A stretch of 32,000 nucleotides of DNA, from the NCBI RefSeq assembly GCF_008000775.2, contig NZ_CP042905.2, positions 2,340,001 through 2,372,000 on the forward strand, in the 5' to 3' direction. Positions 1 to 7,850 of this stretch are shown here, piece by piece. The stretch is from Promethearchaeum syntrophicum (GTDB lineage: Archaea > Asgardarchaeota > Lokiarchaeia > Sigyniarchaeales > Promethearchaeaceae). The notes beneath the pieces are model-generated. The model saw only the letters and a program-made list of their open reading frames with translations. It had not been told where the DNA came from and searched no databases. The translations under genes and the position numbers were made by a program. Each line of letters starts with the position of its first letter. The first letter of the stretch is position 1.

Positions 1-645
1 TGTTCTTTGAAAAAATGAATACCTATCTTTTAATTCTTGCTCGGTTAATTCTTTCTTTTTTGCAATTTTCTCTTGTTCATCATTCAGCCGTAAATGTTTT
101 TCCCATTCTTCCCCGGGTATTTTTACAGTAAAACGAATTAACGAATCAATATAATTTTCAAGATCTTTTAAGATCTCTTCAGGTTCCTTCAATAATATTA
201 AACCAGTGTAGTTCTCTATCTTTTTGGAGATAAATTCTGCCATTTTATGAAATGAATTGAATAAATGAACTTCAGAATTCTTAACGGTATATGTTGGCGT
301 ATATTCATAAAAAATAAGATCTTCATAGTTAGTAACAAATCCGATTTTACAATTCAGTTCCTTACAATATTTCTTTAGTTGTAACTCGTCTTGTTCTAAA
401 TTGCCCTTTCCTTTAATTTTTGTTTCAATTATTGCTGAAACCGCGTCTTTATTATCCCAAACTATCCTATTTTTGTCTAGCTCAATTTGGATCAGTTCAG
501 TTTTGAATATAACAATATCTTCCTGAAAATGTTTTTTTTGAAATATTAACTCTTGAAAGACTCTAAATTGAATGCCTAATCTACTTTTCAAGAAATCTAT
601 TAGCTCAGGGCGGTCTGTATGTTCTGACATTTTCAGATTTGGCAT
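1..645 (-). CDS. Partial CDS (C-terminus beyond window edge), HsdR N-terminal / PD-(D/E)XK nuclease-like protein
   Basis: Open minus-strand frame from ATG at 645 (alternative ATG at 630) to window edge with no stop; translation MPNLKMSEHTDRPELIDFLKSRLG...NKDAVSAIIETKIKGKGNLEQDELQLKKYCKELNCKIGFVTNYEDLIFYEYTP. The AIIETK...Q...KKYC...GFVTN.ED..FYEY pattern resembles type I restriction R-subunit N-domain / PD-(D/E)XK folds. Confidence 0.6.
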   Translation of the reverse strand, partial: MPNLKMSEHTDRPELIDFLKSRLGIQFRVFQELIFQKKHFQEDIVIFKTELIQIELDKNRIVWDNKDAVSAIIETKIKGKGNLEQDELQLKKYCKELNCKIGFVTNYEDLIFYEYTPTYTVKNSEVHLFNSFHKMAEFISKKIENYTGLILLKEPEEILKDLENYIDSLIRFTVKIPGEEWEKHLRLNDEQEKIAKKKELTEQELKDRYSFFQRT

Positions 646-1004
646 GTTTTTAAACCACTATAATGAAGTTTTTTGTATAAATCAGAAGTAATTAATGAAT
701 CTTCTTTTTTAATACTTTAATTATCTCTTTGTTATCAATCTTTTCCAAAAAATCTTAAGTTTCATGATGTGAACTTTGGTTATCTATTAACTCGAGGTTA
801 TACCAAAGTAAACTATATTACTCAGTTAAAGAATGAAAACATTGAAATAGATAAATTAGAACTTTCAACTTTGTAATGACTAAAACCTAATCGCTAACCA
901 AATCATTATGTTATGACTCTCGAAAACCAAAATGATTGGAATTAAACCTATAGATCAGATTAATAATTAGATTCTAATATTCAAAAGTAAGTAATTAATT
1001 TATA

Positions 1005-1318
1005 ATGACATTCTTTGAAGTTTTGACTGTAGTCGGGTTTTTATTGATTTAATTGGATTTATTTATTTAATTATCACTATTTTAAGAAAAACAAAGCAAA
1101 TTGAAGATAGAATCTTGAAATTGGAAGAAATAAGATTAGACTATGAAAAATCCATAGAAAGAATAAAAGCAGATGTAGAAAAATCGAAACATTCAGATAA
1201 TATAGACCTACAAAAAGTTTTTGCGAGGAAATTTGCAGAAATATCAATTCCAGATTTAATTAAATTGATTAAAGATGAAGATGTGCGAACCTTCCTTGAG
1301 AAAAGTAAGAAAAAATAA
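1005..1318 (+). other. Small single-TM plus coiled-coil protein, reading frame interrupted near 1043-1052; the ORF caller sees only 1115..1318
   Basis: ATG at 1005 gives MTFFEVLTVVGFLLI* (stop 1050-1052); the -1 frame continues as IDLIGFIYLIITILRKTKQIEDRILKLEEIRLDYEKSIERI...; together they form a coherent membrane anchor followed by a charged helix. Confidence 0.4.
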
Positions 1319-1439
1319 TATTCTATTGGAATATCTATAAACTGGTGGTCCTATTCGCGATTACCTTTCCCATGTTATCTTATTGATTTATTTGATTATT
1401 TTTTTCAATTTCATCTCTTTTATTAAAAGAAAATATAAA

Positions 1440-1919
1440 TCACCTTCCAACATCACGTGCGGCTTCTTCAATCCAAGATCCAATATTATATTTTCCCTTA
1501 TCATCAAACCAATCATAAATTGGAACATGATCTGATAAAGGTTGATTATAATCATCATAAACATATTCAAAAGGATTATTTCCCTTTGTATCCCTTTTTC
1601 TATATTTATTTCGCAATTTGTGGATATAAATGCCCAACAATGCATTATTTTTGAGATAACTTTGTTTAATTTCATATTTAATCCATCTTCTATAAGACGT
1701 TTCTTGCCCAATTAAAACTACGGTCACTGAAGTTCCATGAAGAGTTTGATTTATTAGTTTTTTTATTTCTTGATCATTAAAAGTAGGATGATTTTCTTCG
1801 ATCGAACCATCCCAAAAACCAGCAGCTTCTCTTGTTTCAGCATAGTACCAAGAACTTTTGATATATCTTGCTCTCCAAATATCTCTTTGATAATGAAAAC
1901 TAAAAAAAACTACCCTCAT
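1440..1919 (-). CDS. ThsB-like TIR-domain protein (DUF1863 / MTH538 TIR-like, PF08937-type)
   Basis: 159 aa: MRVVFFSFHYQRDIWRARYIKSSW...AAGFWDGSIEE...LINQTLHGTSVTVVLIGQETSYRRWIKYEIKQSYLKNNALLGIYIHKLRN..., the characteristic FFSFHY/D.WR, G(F/Y)WD, TSVT.VLIG.ET..RRW..YEI, LLGI.IH blocks of Thoeris ThsB-type TIR proteins. Confidence 0.85.
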   Translation of the reverse strand: MRVVFFSFHYQRDIWRARYIKSSWYYAETREAAGFWDGSIEENHPTFNDQEIKKLINQTLHGTSVTVVLIGQETSYRRWIKYEIKQSYLKNNALLGIYIHKLRNKYRKRDTKGNNPFEYVYDDYNQPLSDHVPIYDWFDDKGKYNIGSWIEEAARDVGR

Positions 1920-2018
1920 AATGTTGAATCATTCCATTTTTTTGATTTTTTGTCTGTTTGATTTAGTTAATTTAAGTTAAAAAATCTAAAAGAAAATAAC
2001 AAATAATTAGTAATCCCA

Positions 2019-2468
2019 TTAAGTTAGATGAACAATCATAAATATTATGCTTATTACCTCGATTGGTAAATAGAAAAGACATTCTGTTGTGGAAAACATA
2101 ACTCCAAAAATATTCTTCACTTTTTGTTTATCTTCTAAGGACGACTGAATTTTTTTAGTATCCATATCAAAGAGATTCTTATTTAATTCTTCCCTATCAT
2201 TATTGAATAAATCCACTTTTTTTTCCCAAAGTTTGCGAAATAACCTTTCCTGTCTTAAATAATACGAATCTAATACCCAAAAAAATCCTATGATAATGAT
2301 TGCATTAAGAAAAAATACCCACTGCAAATTTGCTAAATTAAATGCAATTACTACTGAATATATAGTCAAGGACCAACCTTTGAGCATAAAGGAATTTTGT
2401 GCCATTCGTTTAATGATATCTTGAATCATCAAAAAGTATTTTCTCGCATTTTCATTATCTTGAATCAT
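2019..2468 (-). CDS. Small multi-TM protein, candidate membrane effector partner of the TIR proteins
   Basis: 149 aa: IKRMAQNSFMLKGWSLTIYSVVIAFNLANLQWVFFLNAIIIIGFFWVLDSYYLRQERLFRKLWEKK...; hydrophobic segments and the RMA.NSF..KGW ... FW.LD.YYLRQE.LFRKL signature of a small membrane protein family I associate with DUF1863/TIR loci. Confidence 0.6.
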   Translation of the reverse strand: MIQDNENARKYFLMIQDIIKRMAQNSFMLKGWSLTIYSVVIAFNLANLQWVFFLNAIIIIGFFWVLDSYYLRQERLFRKLWEKKVDLFNNDREELNKNLFDMDTKKIQSSLEDKQKVKNIFGVMFSTTECLFYLPIEVISIIFMIVHLT

Positions 2469-2551
2469 TTTGTTTTCTCATCTCTACACAAATTTTATTT
2501 TATAAAAAAGATATGATTAATTAATTTTAAATTAATCCATATAACTACCTT

Positions 2552-3034
2552 CTATTCTTCAAAAATATCTTCAATTTCTTGTGCAATATTTGATGTATTC
2601 CAATCTAATAAAAGTAGTTCTCGTTTTATGAATAAATTTGGACCACCACCGGAAGTATTTGGGATTCTTACTCCAATAATTGGAATTTGTTTTGATGTGG
2701 CAACATCCATTTCGTAATCGACATAAGTGCTATTATGTGAATCATTCCCAATTAGACATATCATTAAATCACTCTCAATGATTTTTTCTTTAATATAATT
2801 TTTAACAGCTTGTTCCCCTTTTGCTCTAACGTCGTTTCGAGAAGAAATCGGAATTCCTCGTAATTCACTATTTGGATTTTGAAGTAATCCTTCAAATCCC
2901 TCCCGATAATCACGTTCAGTTTCTCTATAACTAATAAAAATTTTAATATTTTCCATCTCCTTTCTATTTCTAAAATCTTGTTTGAAATTATACATTTCTG
3001 ATATAAAAATATGCTTATTTATTAGAATTGACAT
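2552..3034 (-). CDS. Second ThsB/TIR-like protein (DUF1863-type)
   Basis: 160 aa; core KIFISYRETERDYREGFEGLLQNPNSELRG...VKNYIKEKIIESDLMICLIGNDSHNSTYVDYEMDVATSKQIPIIGVRIPN. Start may be the internal Met in RKEMENIK. Confidence 0.75.
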   Translation of the reverse strand: MSILINKHIFISEMYNFKQDFRNRKEMENIKIFISYRETERDYREGFEGLLQNPNSELRGIPISSRNDVRAKGEQAVKNYIKEKIIESDLMICLIGNDSHNSTYVDYEMDVATSKQIPIIGVRIPNTSGGGPNLFIKRELLLLDWNTSNIAQEIEDIFEE

Positions 3035-3146
3035 ATATAAATTTTCTAGTTGTTAGTTAGAAATCCTTCAAAACCCGGTGTTTGAACAATATTCTGAGAT
3101 TTTTAATTGGAATAATAAAATTTTATTATTCAAAACTAACCTTTTG

Positions 3147-4076
3147 TTACTTTTTTCTTGTTTTTGATGATCTTTTGCGTTTTGAGGGTTTATTTTGAGT
3201 AGTTTTATTTGAATTTTTTTTAATATTTTTTGAATTAGTAGACTTTGATTTCTTATTAGTAATAATCTTTGTTTTAAAACGAGATGATTTTTTTATTGAT
3301 TTTGATGATCTTTTGTTGTTTGAGGGTTTTTTTTGTCTAGATTTATTTGAACTTTTCTTAATATTCTTTGATTTACTAGATTTTGATTTCTTGTTTTCAA
3401 TATTCTTTGTTTTCGAAGGAGATGATTTTATTCTTGATTTTGATGATCTTTTTTTGTTTGAGGGTTTTTTTTGTCTAGATTTATTTGAACTTTTCTTAAT
3501 ATTCTTTGATTTTCTAGATTTTGATTTCTTGTTTTCAATATTCTTTGTTTTCGAAGGAGATGATTTTATTCTTGATTTTGATGATTTTCGACCTAATTTT
3601 AATCCTTTCTTATTCAAATCTTTAATTCCTTGTTTAAATCCTGTTTCTAAATTTTCTTTTGGTTTTAAATGTACTTCAGTCTTTTTTTTATAATTTTTTT
3701 CTGAAATGTTTCTGTTTGGAGAATTTCGAGCTCCTTTTTCAAAAATTTCAATTATCGGTTTTTGTTGTCTTATGGCTTTTCTGATTTCTCTTTTAGCCCC
3801 TTCGTGTCTTTTTTCTCCTGTTTTTGATGAGGGAGGAACGATTCTTACCACAACATCAGCATCCTTTACCATTTGTTTTTCTCGTTCATTTGTCTCTGTA
3901 GGACTAGTTTTTTCTCCCTTTTTCCATTTTTTCTGATCATGAATTGTCTTATATTTTGAATCTTTGTCTAGCCTTTCAGAAAATTTATGGGCTTTAGTTG
4001 TATGGCCAGGAGTTTTATTATCGTGAGCAACCATTATTTTTAATGGTTTTTTTTTAGATTTCTTCTTTTTTGCCAT
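3147..4076 (-). CDS. Nucleoside 2-deoxyribosyltransferase/TIR-fold-like N-terminal domain fused to a highly basic Lys/Ser tandem-repeat tail
   Basis: ORF track 3147..4088; internal Met at 4076 is a plausible start (MAKKKKSKKKP). N-domain: KIMVAHDNKTPGHTTKAHKFSERL...TNEREKQMVKDADVVVRIVPPSSKTGEKRHEGAKREIRKAIRQQKPIIEIFEKGARNSP, with the (E..M..AD.VV...P...G...E..KA....KP.I) pattern of NDT-like folds. Tail is a repeated KSRIKSSPSKTKNIENKKSKSxKSKNIKKSSNKSRQKKPSNxKRSS. Confidence 0.6.
   Translation of the reverse strand: MAKKKKSKKKPLKIMVAHDNKTPGHTTKAHKFSERLDKDSKYKTIHDQKKWKKGEKTSPTETNEREKQMVKDADVVVRIVPPSSKTGEKRHEGAKREIRKAIRQQKPIIEIFEKGARNSPNRNISEKNYKKKTEVHLKPKENLETGFKQGIKDLNKKGLKLGRKSSKSRIKSSPSKTKNIENKKSKSRKSKNIKKSSNKSRQKKPSNKKRSSKSRIKSSPSKTKNIENKKSKSSKSKNIKKSSNKSRQKKPSNNKRSSKSIKKSSRFKTKIITNKKSKSTNSKNIKKNSNKTTQNKPSKRKRSSKTRKK
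3288..3585 (-). repeat. In-frame 138-bp (46-aa) tandem repeat, two nearly identical copies plus degenerate copy toward the C-terminus
   Basis: Landmark tttgatgatctttt.ttgtttgagggttttttttgtctag occurs at 3301 and again at 3439 (period 138 bp); encoded 46-aa unit KSRIKSSPSKTKNIENKKSKS(R/S)KSKNIKKSSNKSRQKKPSN(K/N)KRSS. Confidence 0.85.
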
Positions 4077-4211
4077 ATTTATCAACAATTGATACCTAAT
4101 TTAATTGATTTAAAGACATATATAAACTACAAGACGACATTAAATAACTAACATTCTTTGTTATGTTAATTTATTTACCATTTCCACTGAATTAACAGGA
4201 TAAAAAAAAAA

Positions 4212-4733
4212 TCACTGATTTTCTAATCTTTTTAATCGCTCATGGAAAACCTTCAAAATTAAAGTTTTGTTCAAATGTCGATTTAATTGTCTACTATGTT
4301 CTCTAAATTCTTCGTTTACTTCTTTAAATTCATTTTCGACAATTGAAATTAGATGGTTAGTGTCATATTCTTTAATTTCTCGATCTTCTCTTATATTTTT
4401 AATATCGTGGTCTGGAAATTCTTTTCCACATTCACAAATATAATAATCAAAATTTCTTGGATATACTACTTCAAAAGCATTATTTTTACAACAATGTGGA
4501 CATTCTCTTCTTTTTGCTTGACTAATTAAATTTGATTTTTCAAGTAATTCTTCCCATTTCTCCTTTGGAGATCTTCTCATAATTTCTGTGAAAAATCTGC
4601 TACAACCTGGATTGAAGCATTTGTAATAATGAGAACCATCAGAAGAACTAGTACTCCTGCCTATCATAAATATTTCGATTGCTGATTGTTTATCGCAATA
4701 TATACATTGAATTTTATTAATCATAGTTATCAT
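4212..4733 (-). CDS. Zinc-ribbon protein (two treble-clef/ribbon-like CxxC pairs) with helical C-terminus
   Basis: 173 aa: IQCIYCDKQSAIEIF...YYKCFNPGCSRFF... and RRECPHCCKNNAFEVVYPRNFDYYICECGKEF. Confidence 0.6.
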   Translation of the reverse strand: MITMINKIQCIYCDKQSAIEIFMIGRSTSSSDGSHYYKCFNPGCSRFFTEIMRRSPKEKWEELLEKSNLISQAKRRECPHCCKNNAFEVVYPRNFDYYICECGKEFPDHDIKNIREDREIKEYDTNHLISIVENEFKEVNEEFREHSRQLNRHLNKTLILKVFHERLKRLENQ

Positions 4734-4912
4734 ACTTTTTTGTTTGTATACTTAAAAAATGTAATCTAAATTCACTCCTCGTTTAATATCTTTTTTTAAC
4801 ATAAAACATCAATAGAAGGATCAAATTGGCATATTTAAACCTATGGTTTGATTATTGAGATTTTACTGGATTAACCAAAGTCATATTATACCCAAAAAAA
4901 TTTCCTGAATAA

Positions 4913-6040
4913 TTAATTTGTAAGTAGTTGGTTTAGATATTCTGTGATCGTTTTAATGGATAATTCATGATAAAAATCATGGATTTCCTGAATAGAATTT
5001 GGTTGTTTACCTTGAATTTCAAAAAGCTTAAGTATTTCGGAAAGTGAAAAATTATGCAAGAGATATCCTTTGATAATATATTTTATAGTAATCAAAACAC
5101 TTTTTTTGGTATCTTCTCCATATTGATCTAAGTGAGAATGATTTAATTTCAGATTTACATTTCCATCTTCATCAAAATCAAGATAATCGTATCCGGATTT
5201 GACTATTGGATAATGAGGGGTGATTTGGACGAGATTGTGGAACGCATGGGAAATGAAATATTTATACATTTGGTCCTTGATCTTTTTTGGACCAGTTTGG
5301 GCTGTTTTTGCTTCTCCTCCAATATAACAATTTTGATCTTTCACTGAAAATTTTTGCTGGGTTTTGGTCTGTGGTAAATGCCTTAACAAGGCTAATCGAA
5401 ATAAAAAACCTCCATCTATCTCAAAATTTGCTTTATTCAGTTGGTTTAGCAAGGATGGAACATAAAAAGCGCCAAAATCTGGGATTCCTTCAATGTTAGT
5501 ATAGGGTAGAACAATTTCATTTTCAGTTAAATAATTATGTTTATGATATAAGGTCGAAGTAATATATTGTAAGAATCCTTCATTGTTTCCTCCAAATGTA
5601 GGTGCCATCTCGATAAAAATACAGTTTTTGTATCCCAATTTTGATTCTTCTACTTTATCAGAAAAAATTTTTAATAATTTATTTGAAGGTCCATTTTCGG
5701 TACGTGAATATTGGTAAGGAATAATAAATTTGTCTCCTTTCAGGAGAAATGGATATTTTTTTAGTTGATCAGTAAACGGAAGATTGGAGATTTTTGGATA
5801 AATATTAAATAGATTATATTTTAAGTCTGGGATAAAACATGTTTTATAATCTATTAGATAATATGTATGTCCAGATAATCCATAAGAACCCATCACTAAT
5901 TCTAAGGCTGCAAGTGCATTAGTTTTCAATACTCCAAAAGGAAATATTTGCTGTAATTCATTGATAATATGGAAACGATCATCTTTTGCAAGAATTCGGA
6001 ATATCATATCAGCAGTTAATTCATTTATCATCTTTTTCAA
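4913..6040 (-). CDS. Uncharacterised protein with possible PD-(D/E)XK-type nuclease motif
   Basis: 375 aa; segments EGIPDFGAFYV ... QNCYIGGEAKTAQTGPKKIKDQMYKYFISHAFH resemble D...ExK nuclease core; no family recognised with certainty. Confidence 0.45.
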   Translation of the reverse strand: MKKMINELTADMIFRILAKDDRFHIINELQQIFPFGVLKTNALAALELVMGSYGLSGHTYYLIDYKTCFIPDLKYNLFNIYPKISNLPFTDQLKKYPFLLKGDKFIIPYQYSRTENGPSNKLLKIFSDKVEESKLGYKNCIFIEMAPTFGGNNEGFLQYITSTLYHKHNYLTENEIVLPYTNIEGIPDFGAFYVPSLLNQLNKANFEIDGGFLFRLALLRHLPQTKTQQKFSVKDQNCYIGGEAKTAQTGPKKIKDQMYKYFISHAFHNLVQITPHYPIVKSGYDYLDFDEDGNVNLKLNHSHLDQYGEDTKKSVLITIKYIIKGYLLHNFSLSEILKLFEIQGKQPNSIQEIHDFYHELSIKTITEYLNQLLTN

Positions 6041-6223
6041 TTATATTATATCAATAAAGATTTATTATTCTTTTTTAATATATATTTAAAATTTATCCCG
6101 CTATATTCTCATAAAGGGAATTTCTCATCTTGTAGAATCTCGATCTAACAATAAATCAGAAATATAAAAAAAATGAAGATATAAAGAAGTAAAAAAAAAA
6201 TTAAATTAATAAATTATTCATTA

Positions 6224-6517
6224 TTAGAATTTAATTTCGCCCATCTTGGCGCGCTCGTCAACTAAAGCTTTAACAACCTCAGGATTTGCCAATGTCTTAA
6301 CATCACCAATATCACCCATGGTCACACTTGCCTTCAAAACACGTCTCACAATCTTTCCTGAGCGGGTCTTTGGTAAAGCATCGGTAAACATGATAATTTC
6401 GGGTTTGACTGTTGGTCCGGCAACATTACGAACTTATTTGACAATTTCACCTTTCTATTCTTCAGTTTTCTCCACAACTTGCATAAGAGTGATATATGCG
6501 AAAATTGTTGAAAGCAC
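6224..6517 (-). pseudogene. Decayed 3' fragment of an acetyl-CoA synthetase gene
   Basis: Reverse complement reads ..STIFAYITLMQVVEKTEE*KGEIVK*VRNVAGPTVKPEIIMFTDALPKTRSGKIVRRVLKASVTMGDIGDVKTLANPEVVKALVDERAKMGEIKF*, co-linear with the C-terminus of the intact copy at 22531..24558 but with two in-frame stops and no upstream portion. Confidence 0.9.
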
Positions 6518-6599
6518 TTAAAAAAGATACATAAAAATGTCAAATTTAATAAATATTGTTAAATATTTAATTTATAAACAAACAATAAAATGAGATAAA

Positions 6600-7652
6600 A
6601 TGGCAATAGAATTAGTTACTTTTGGAGTTAGATTATTTATAAATAGATGGATTGAATCAAAAAAAAAAATTACTCAAAATATCACAAATTATCTTGAAGC
6701 AGCAGCCAGAGATAAAAAAATTTCAAATACAGATTCAATAATATTAAAAACAAAAATTCTTGATATGATTAAGGTTACGGAAAATTTAAATCGCACAATA
6801 AATAAATCAAAGAAAAATATTGATTATATTTCACAAGAATTAATTGAAGATGCAGAACAATATATATCTACACTTAAAGACATAACTAGTAAGTTAAAAT
6901 ATGAATACCTTAATGAATTATTAAAAATGGAAGGCTCTATTAAAGATATTTCAGTAAAGGATTTACAAATTTCTACAGTTGAAGAAGAAATTGCGATATT
7001 ATGCATATTTGTAGCTGACCAATTACTAATTTGGATTTTTGAAGACATTATGGGATTCAAATTTTTAGAAGATAACTATGAAACATCAAGAATTGGAATA
7101 AAATATATTTTAACTGCTAAAAATAATATAGCTTATAATAGAAATGTAAAAGATGAAATTAAATCATATATTTCAAATTATTTAATTTTATATAAAGCGA
7201 TTGCGCAATATTTTCTATGTCGAAATAATCTTAAAAATATGTTGGGAATTACAAAGGAAATTGATACTATAGCAAATTATTTAAATTTTGTAATCAGAAA
7301 AACGGAAAATATTTTAGAATCAAGTGAATTTCTTAATGAAAAGAACAATCACATCTTAAAAATAATAAAAGAACACTCCATTGCTTTATTATGTGAAATT
7401 CAAGGAATAAAATTCAGTTTGAGAAGTTTAAAATCATATAAAAATTTAAACGATTTAATAAATAAAATAAAAAATAATTGGTATTACTCAGAATGGGAAT
7501 TTTTGGGGGAAAAACTAAGTTTAAATTGGGGGAATGATAATCTCGAAGAAAATAATATTGATTATAGTGTTGGAGAATCAGTTAATGAATTTAAAGGTAC
7601 TAAACAAGAATTCAATAATGAGATAAATGAAATAACTCCCTATAATATTTAG
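6600..7652 (+). CDS. Uncharacterised 350-aa helical protein; possible original C-terminus continues in-frame after the TAG to 7817
   Basis: ORF MAIELVTFGVRLFINRWIESKKK...EITPYNI*; after the TAG (7650-7652) the same frame reads KINHDKPYCYECYSVWKEYKNADFGEFNSNLCGKYENSSMNRPLCYYCYKNISK* (stop 7815-7817). Confidence 0.65.
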   Translation: MAIELVTFGVRLFINRWIESKKKITQNITNYLEAAARDKKISNTDSIILKTKILDMIKVTENLNRTINKSKKNIDYISQELIEDAEQYISTLKDITSKLKYEYLNELLKMEGSIKDISVKDLQISTVEEEIAILCIFVADQLLIWIFEDIMGFKFLEDNYETSRIGIKYILTAKNNIAYNRNVKDEIKSYISNYLILYKAIAQYFLCRNNLKNMLGITKEIDTIANYLNFVIRKTENILESSEFLNEKNNHILKIIKEHSIALLCEIQGIKFSLRSLKSYKNLNDLINKIKNNWYYSEWEFLGEKLSLNWGNDNLEENNIDYSVGESVNEFKGTKQEFNNEINEITPYNI

Positions 7653-7850
7653 AAAATTAATCATGATAAACCTTATTGCTATGAATGTTATTCGGTGTGG
7701 AAAGAATACAAAAATGCAGATTTCGGAGAATTTAATTCCAATTTATGTGGGAAATATGAGAATTCAAGCATGAATAGACCCCTGTGTTATTACTGTTATA
7801 AAAATATAAGCAAATAGATACAAATAATTTAACTAAAATATAACCAAAAG

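Noticed and set aside
1388-1711. Minus-strand ORF 1388..1711 and plus-strand ORFs 1457..1654, 1770..1961
   Set aside because: They overlap the well-supported ThsB-like TIR gene in other frames and have no coherent domain features.
3313-3936. Plus-strand ORFs 3313..3693 and 3706..3936
   Set aside because: Antisense to the Lys/Ser repeat ORF; the Phe/Leu/Asp-rich sequence is an artefact of repeated AAG/TCA-type codons on the other strand.
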